Positions 58,880 through 64,000 of a DNA stretch of 64,000 nucleotides are shown in pieces (position 1 is the stretch's first letter; each line of letters opens with the position of its first letter). Under the pieces are notes generated by a model, which saw only the letters and a program-made list of their open reading frames with translations, ran no database searches and was not told the DNA's origin. The stretch is taken from positions 2,381-66,380 of the forward strand of contig DATGVZ010000083.1 of NCBI GenBank assembly GCA_035299765.1, given 5' to 3'. The stretch is from Gemmatimonadales bacterium (GTDB taxonomy: Bacteria > Gemmatimonadota > Gemmatimonadetes > Gemmatimonadales > GWC2-71-9). A program made the translations under genes and the position numbers.

Positions 58880-60676
58880 ATGCGCACGATGCACGCGAAC
58901 GCGAAGTGGGTCTTTTACATCCTCGCCATTTCGTTTGTCGCCTGGTTGGCCGTCGGTCAGGTGATGAGCATCCTCGGTCCCAGCGGCAACGTCGTCCTCC
59001 GCGTCAATGGCAGAGAATACCAGATCAACGAATACCAGCAGCGCGTGCAGGTCGCGACGGAGCAATACCGCCAGCAGACGGGCGCGGCGCCAATGACGCG
59101 CGAGGACGAGCAGCAGATCGGCGACCAGGTCATCAATCAGATGGTGCAGGAGACGTTGCTGCAGCAGGAGTACCGGCGTCTCGGCATTCGCGTCAGCGAT
59201 GACGAAGTGCGCGAGATCGCGGCGACATCGCCGCCACCCGAAGTGATGCGGGATCCGCAGTTTCAGACCGACAGCCAATTCGATATCCGCAAGTGGCAGC
59301 AGTTCCTGAGAACGACGACCGATCGGCAGCTGCTGGCCCAGATCGAGACGATGTACCGCGATCAGATTCCGCGCATCAAGCTGGCCCAGTACCTCACGGC
59401 GGACGTGTACATCTCGGACGCCAAACTCTGGCGGATCTACAGGGATCAACACGATTCGGTAACCATCGCGTCGCTCGCGATCTGGCCCTATGCCATCCCG
59501 GACTCTTCGCCGATCAGCGATGCCGAAATCGCCGCGTACGTGGCCAAACACCCCGACGATTTCAAGCGTCCCGCCATCGCGTTCGTCCGCTTCGTGGCGT
59601 TGCCGCGCCTGCCGAACGCCGCCGATAGCGCGGCCGCGCGCGCTCATGTCGCACGCGTGCGCGCCGAGCTCGCCCGCGGCGCGAAGTTCGAGGACGTCGC
59701 CAAGCGCGAGTCGAGCGATACCGTCAGCGGGCATCGCGGTGGCGATCTCGGCTGGGTGAAGAAAGACGATCCCAGCTTCGACGCCCAATTCCGTACCGGG
59801 ATGCGCAATCTTAAGCCGGGACAGGTGTCGGCGCCCGTGGCCACGCAATTCGGCTTTCACCTGATCCGCATCGATCAGATCAAAGGCGATTCCGTCAAGG
59901 TTCGTCACATTCTCATGCCGGTCAGCCTGCAAGGCGCGCACCTCGAGCAGGTCGAGGCGCGGGCTGATACGCTCGAACGGATTGCGGCCGAACGGACCAG
60001 TCCCACAGTGCTCGACAGTGCGGCACGCCGCTTGGCGCTGCAGGTGTCGCCGACGTATCAGGTCATCCAGGGCGAGCGCTTCAATCTGGGCCGCTACGTG
60101 ATTCCCGACGTCAGCGTGTGGGCGTTTGAAGCGCCGATCGGCGAAACGAGTCCCGTGATCGAGGGACAGGCAGCGTACTACGTCTTCCGTCTCGACTCGC
60201 TCGCTCCGGCAGGCGTGCCGCCGATCGCCCAGATTCGGGATCGCGTGAGCAGCGTCGTGCGGATCGACAAGCAAAAAGCCTTGGCGCGTCGCCGCGCCGA
60301 TTCGCTCGCCACGCTGCTGAAGGCCGCTCCCGACTTGACGGGCGCGCAGCGCTTCGCTCCGTTCACCCGTCTGCGGCCGCCCAGTTATCTGGGCCGCGAG
60401 CCGGTGCTCGTCGGTACTGCGTTCGGCCTGCGCATGGGCGAGCGGAGTGGCGTGATCGAGGGAGAGGGCGGCTACTTCATCATCCAGTCGCTGTGGCGCA
60501 AGCTTGCCGACTCGACCGCGTGGCTAAAACAGCGCGATGCGCAGCGCACGCAGCTGCGTCAGGCGGTGCAGCAGGCGCGCATTCAGCAGTATCTGGACGG
60601 GTTACGCGCCAAAGCCAAGATCGTCGACCGGCGCAAAGACCTCTTCAAATCGCAGGCGGCGGCGACCCTCGATTAG
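58880..60676 (+). CDS. peptidyl-prolyl cis-trans isomerase (PpiD/SurA-like, parvulin domain)
   Basis: Frame of ORF 58760..60676, with a likely start at ATG 58880 (MRTMHANAKWVFYILAISFVAWL, a TM anchor). The parvulin motif is GGDLGWVKK...QFGFHLIRI. Confidence 0.8.
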   Translation: MRTMHANAKWVFYILAISFVAWLAVGQVMSILGPSGNVVLRVNGREYQINEYQQRVQVATEQYRQQTGAAPMTREDEQQIGDQVINQMVQETLLQQEYRRLGIRVSDDEVREIAATSPPPEVMRDPQFQTDSQFDIRKWQQFLRTTTDRQLLAQIETMYRDQIPRIKLAQYLTADVYISDAKLWRIYRDQHDSVTIASLAIWPYAIPDSSPISDAEIAAYVAKHPDDFKRPAIAFVRFVALPRLPNAADSAAARAHVARVRAELARGAKFEDVAKRESSDTVSGHRGGDLGWVKKDDPSFDAQFRTGMRNLKPGQVSAPVATQFGFHLIRIDQIKGDSVKVRHILMPVSLQGAHLEQVEARADTLERIAAERTSPTVLDSAARRLALQVSPTYQVIQGERFNLGRYVIPDVSVWAFEAPIGETSPVIEGQAAYYVFRLDSLAPAGVPPIAQIRDRVSSVVRIDKQKALARRRADSLATLLKAAPDLTGAQRFAPFTRLRPPSYLGREPVLVGTAFGLRMGERSGVIEGEGGYFIIQSLWRKLADSTAWLKQRDAQRTQLRQAVQQARIQQYLDGLRAKAKIVDRRKDLFKSQAAATLD

Positions 60677-60945
60677 AAGAGCGACCGCGCGAACAGGTAG
60701 GCAATCACCACGCCGACGACGGCGAGCAGCGACACGTCCAGCCCGATCGGTCCCAACGTAATCGACATCACGAGCAGGTCGAGGTGAAACGGCCCGATGG
60801 TCGGCGTCACCGACCAGGTGAACACCTCGCGGGCGGGCCCCTGTGGCAGAAAGCGCCGCAAGAAGGCGTGCAGCAATCCGCCCACGACGAAGCCTATCGC
60901 AAGCACGCCGATATAGAAGGCGGGGCGACGCGGACCGTGCGGCAC
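60673..60945 (-). CDS. DUF4321 family small membrane protein
   Basis: A 90-aa protein with two hydrophobic helices and the pattern typical of DUF4321. GTG start. Its stop overlaps the stop of the convergent PPIase gene. Confidence 0.6.
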   Translation of the reverse strand: MPHGPRRPAFYIGVLAIGFVVGGLLHAFLRRFLPQGPAREVFTWSVTPTIGPFHLDLLVMSITLGPIGLDVSLLAVVGVVIAYLFARSLF

Positions 60946-60948
60946 AGC

Positions 60949-61938
60949 TTAGCTGCGCCGCTCCACGGCGTATGCGATGCTCCCCTGTAAGGCGTCGCGG
61001 GCCGGCGATGGCGGCAGCACATCCAGCTCGCTTTCGGCCTGTTGAGCGAGGTCGAGCGCGCGCTGCCGCGCCGTCTCGAGCCCGCCTGCCGCCTCCACGA
61101 GCCGGATGACCTCGGCCACCAACTCGTCGCCCGGCTCCGCCGTCTCCATCAGTTGCGCCACGACGCGGCGGTCGTCCGGGGTCATGCGCGCGAGCGCGAC
61201 GATCAACGGCAGGGTCACCTTGTGTTCGCGAAGATCGAGTCCCGACGGTTTCCCCGTCACAGCCTCGGGCTCCGTGTAATCGAGCAGGTCATCGGTGATC
61301 TGGAAGGCCATGCCGAGCAGCATGCCGAACCGGGCCAGCGCCTGGCGGAAAGCGTCAGGGGCAGCGAGCGCGCCGACCTCGCAGGCGCCCGACAGCAGCG
61401 AGGCGGTCTTGGCGCGAATCAGCGCGTCGTATTCCCCCTCGCCGTATGCGAGCTTGTCGAGGGCCTCGAGCTGGCGCATCTCGCCGACCGTCATCTCGTT
61501 GGTGACGCGCGCCAGCACGCGCAACGCCTCATGATCGTCGAATCGCACCAGCTCGATGATGGCGCGAGAGTAGAGATAATCACCCATGATCACGGCGATC
61601 TGGTGTGAGAACAGCGCGTTGATCGTCGGCAAGCCGCGGCGCAGCACGGAATGGTCCACCGAGTCGTCGTGCACCAGGGTGGCGAGATGGATCAGCTCGA
61701 CGATTGCCGCCAACGTCACGGCACGTTCGTCATTGCATCCGGCGGCCTTGTTACTGAGAAGCAACAACGTCGGCCGGAACAATTTCCCCTTCATTTGTAA
61801 CAGGTGATCGTTCACTTCGCTGACGATGGGGAAATCGGCGGCAATCACGCGGCGCAACTCGCCGACGACCTGCTCGAGCTCGCCTGCGACGGGGCGCTGG
61901 ACATCGAGCAGGCTCACACGAGCGACCTGTTGACTCAC
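60949..61938 (-). CDS. polyprenyl diphosphate synthase (IspB-like, long chain)
   Basis: The start is GTG 61938 (VSQQVARVSLLD). The first Asp-rich motif is LVHDDSVDH and the second is FQITDDLLD. Confidence 0.85.
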   Translation of the reverse strand: MSQQVARVSLLDVQRPVAGELEQVVGELRRVIAADFPIVSEVNDHLLQMKGKLFRPTLLLLSNKAAGCNDERAVTLAAIVELIHLATLVHDDSVDHSVLRRGLPTINALFSHQIAVIMGDYLYSRAIIELVRFDDHEALRVLARVTNEMTVGEMRQLEALDKLAYGEGEYDALIRAKTASLLSGACEVGALAAPDAFRQALARFGMLLGMAFQITDDLLDYTEPEAVTGKPSGLDLREHKVTLPLIVALARMTPDDRRVVAQLMETAEPGDELVAEVIRLVEAAGGLETARQRALDLAQQAESELDVLPPSPARDALQGSIAYAVERRS

Positions 61939-61939
61939 G

Positions 61940-63973
61940 TTATTTCGCCTTGGCCAGCGCTTTGACGCGGTGTTCGGCGTCGAGGAAGCGGATGTCGACC
62001 GCAAAGACGCGGCCGTAAAGATCGCGCGCATCGGCCTTCTTGCCCTGCTGCTCCAGCGCACGGCCCAGCCAGTACAGCACGCCTAAGCGCTCCTGATCAC
62101 CGGATGCGGGGAGATCCAACCCGCGGCGCAGGATCGATTCCGCGACGCCGTAAGCGCCCTTCTCGAAGAAGCAGACTCCAAGCATCTCCGAGGTGCGCAG
62201 CTTGCCTTCAGGCGCACGCAGCGCTTTTTGCAGCTCCGCGATCGCCTCGTCCAACAGGCCCATCTCCTTGAATGCGACGCCCAGATCATAGTGCGACTGG
62301 AAATCGGTTTCGTCGATGTTCTCGTCGATTCCCTGCTTGAAGCGCGCCAGCATGTCGTGAAAGTCCTGCTCTTCATCGCCGGTGGGCTCCTCATCGGCGA
62401 CGGTCATCCGCGTGTCTTTCGCCGGCGAACCCTCATCTTCCTCGTCGCTGAGCATCGAGCCAAGATCAACGAAGTCGCCGTCCAGTGTCGCTTCGTCGCG
62501 GACTTTCATTTTCGCGTCTTTCGCCTTGACTTTGCCTTCCGGCTTGGACGGCGCGACGGAGGGCGCGAGCATCGAGAGCGCGGCCTTGGCGCGCTCGTTC
62601 TTGGGATCATGCTCTGCGACGCGTGCGTACACCGCGCGTGCTTTGTCGGGGAGGTCTGAGCGCAGCAACGCGTCCGCAAGCTCGATGTACGCGTCGACCA
62701 GCTTTGCTTTGTCTCCCGCTTTGAACGAGTACTCGACGGCCTTTTGACGATGGCGCACGCTGTTGGGGTCGAGGTGCAGGACCTCGTCCACGAGATCGCG
62801 CGCCTGGGCGAGATTGCCGGCGCTTTCCCATCCGGTCGTCGCCAGGTCCAGCTCTTCGATGCCGCGGTCGCGCTCGCCCTGCTCGATGAGCGCCTCGCCC
62901 AACGCCTGGTGGGCTTCGGGATCATCCGGATTGTCCGCAACGTGAGATTCGAGCTCCTCGATGCCCGGTGCAGCCGGCGTCTCCTCGATGTTCGAGAACA
63001 CGAGCGAGCCCGTTTGATCGCCTTGCGTGTGAATCTCATCGATTCCCAGATCGATGAATCCCGAACGCCGTCCCGGCGCGATCGACGTGTCATCCTCGGT
63101 CTGAATGAACCCCGGCTTCACGGGCTTATCGTCGATGTCATGCGCGGCGTCGGTCACCGAGCTCTCGAAATCGGGTTCGAGCTCGAGCGGCGGCACCTCG
63201 ACGACAGTTTTTCGCTTGCCCGGCCCCGATGCCTGAGTTGGCGCAGACGGCCGCTTCGGGACGAAGGGTTTCACGCGCGGCGGCTCGGGAGCCGGCTTGC
63301 CCGCCGGCGCACGGCCGAGGGGCTTCATCTTTGGCGGGGGCGCGGGTTTTTTCGTCTCCCGAGGGGGCGCGACGTCGATGTTGCCTTCCAACACCAAGTC
63401 CGCGTCCTCCAGACCCGGCACGACATCCTCGGCTGCGGCCTCGTCGGTGACCGTCGGCTCGAGCTCCGCCATCGATTCGAGCTGCAAATCGGCGGGGTTC
63501 AGCTCTTCGCGAATGGATGGCGTCTTCGGCGCGGTGGAACTCATCTGGCCGAAGTCGGCGTGCGTGGTCTCCAGGCCCTCGAGCATCCCACCCGTACCCA
63601 CCGCCGGCGCTTCGTCGATCAGGCTCGTCGTCTCGATCTGGAGTGATTCGTCGGGCTCGGGCACGACTTCTTCGATCAACCGCTCCGCCACCGGAGGAGG
63701 AGTAGGAGCAGCGGGCTTAGCGGGCGGAGCAGGAGGAGCTTTGGCACCGCGCGGCTCGTCGAGGTCGAGAAAAACCAGGCTCGATGTTTTGCGTTTGCCC
63801 GATTTCAACACGTCATCGTCTGCATGGGGCGCCGACTTCGGTGCCGCCGTGCTGACACGCGATCCAGCGGCCGAGGCGCGCTTGCCAGGATCGGCGCCGT
63901 ACATCTTGAGGTGCTCGGCCAGCATCTCCCGCAGACTCTCGCTCTCGGGCGAGATGTCCGTGAACTCCTTCAA
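61940..63973 (-). CDS. large acidic/Pro-rich protein with C-terminal TPR repeats
   Basis: The C-terminal third has TPR-like repeats (AHQALGEALIEQGERDRGIEEL, HYDLGVAFKEMGLLDEAIAELQKAL). The N-terminal two thirds are low complexity. The start follows the ORF track. Confidence 0.65.
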   Translation of the reverse strand: MKEFTDISPESESLREMLAEHLKMYGADPGKRASAAGSRVSTAAPKSAPHADDDVLKSGKRKTSSLVFLDLDEPRGAKAPPAPPAKPAAPTPPPVAERLIEEVVPEPDESLQIETTSLIDEAPAVGTGGMLEGLETTHADFGQMSSTAPKTPSIREELNPADLQLESMAELEPTVTDEAAAEDVVPGLEDADLVLEGNIDVAPPRETKKPAPPPKMKPLGRAPAGKPAPEPPRVKPFVPKRPSAPTQASGPGKRKTVVEVPPLELEPDFESSVTDAAHDIDDKPVKPGFIQTEDDTSIAPGRRSGFIDLGIDEIHTQGDQTGSLVFSNIEETPAAPGIEELESHVADNPDDPEAHQALGEALIEQGERDRGIEELDLATTGWESAGNLAQARDLVDEVLHLDPNSVRHRQKAVEYSFKAGDKAKLVDAYIELADALLRSDLPDKARAVYARVAEHDPKNERAKAALSMLAPSVAPSKPEGKVKAKDAKMKVRDEATLDGDFVDLGSMLSDEEDEGSPAKDTRMTVADEEPTGDEEQDFHDMLARFKQGIDENIDETDFQSHYDLGVAFKEMGLLDEAIAELQKALRAPEGKLRTSEMLGVCFFEKGAYGVAESILRRGLDLPASGDQERLGVLYWLGRALEQQGKKADARDLYGRVFAVDIRFLDAEHRVKALAKAK

Positions 63974-64000
63974 CGCCGCAAACGCATGCTCGATTTTGCC

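Noticed and set aside
58736-60274. 512-aa ORF on the - strand
   Set aside because: It is antisense to the well-supported PpiD/SurA-like PPIase gene. Its composition is Arg/His/Asp-rich with no recognisable motif. It is a typical shadow ORF of GC-rich DNA.
63895-63905. Apparent frameshift in the TPR protein gene 61940..63973
   Set aside because: The printed sequence totals 63999 nt. Around the 63900/63901 row boundary it reads gccgt-catc, whereas the ORF-track translation (..HLKMYGADPG..) requires gccgtAcatc. I treat this as a one-base display discrepancy, not biology. Printed coordinates after about 63900 are therefore one lower than track coordinates.

Overview
Visibly GC-rich bacterial chromosomal window. 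The phylum cannot be determined without a database search; a Gemmatimonadota- or Acidobacteriota-like soil bacterium is only my guess. (i) 1-33.4 kb is a large cell-surface polysaccharide region. It holds a + strand CDP-sugar modification operon whose genes are chained by ATGA/GTGA overlaps (85-7874), and a - strand Wzm/Wzt ABC-exporter operon with glycosyltransferases (14403-7828). It also holds a + strand block with two paralogous beta-helix proteins (14555-21551) and a long - strand glycosyltransferase/AsnB/heparinase/O-antigen-ligase-like operon (33415-21553). (ii) 33.7-38.8 kb is the most interesting part: a complete lasso-peptide (RiPP) cluster in the order B1-B2-C-A-kinase-nucleotidyltransferase. 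Its 38-codon precursor gene (36393-36509) is too short for the ORF track, and its leader-coding part lies inside the 3-prime end of the cyclase gene. The predicted core is TVLGPGTQDLLMGGNILSSS. (iii) 38.7-64 kb is a tightly packed, mostly - strand housekeeping block (rarA, CCA enzyme, alaS, recX-recA, ftsK, accB-pilT-accC, aroQ, PPIase, polyprenyl synthase). This block carries short G-tract palindromic repeats, several of them in frame inside essential genes. One pair of perfect 23-nt inverted repeats brackets a low-GC four-helix-bundle (23S rRNA IVS-protein family) gene. I recognised no rRNA, tRNA, CRISPR array, transposase or integrase. All family assignments rest on motif recognition by eye, not on searches.
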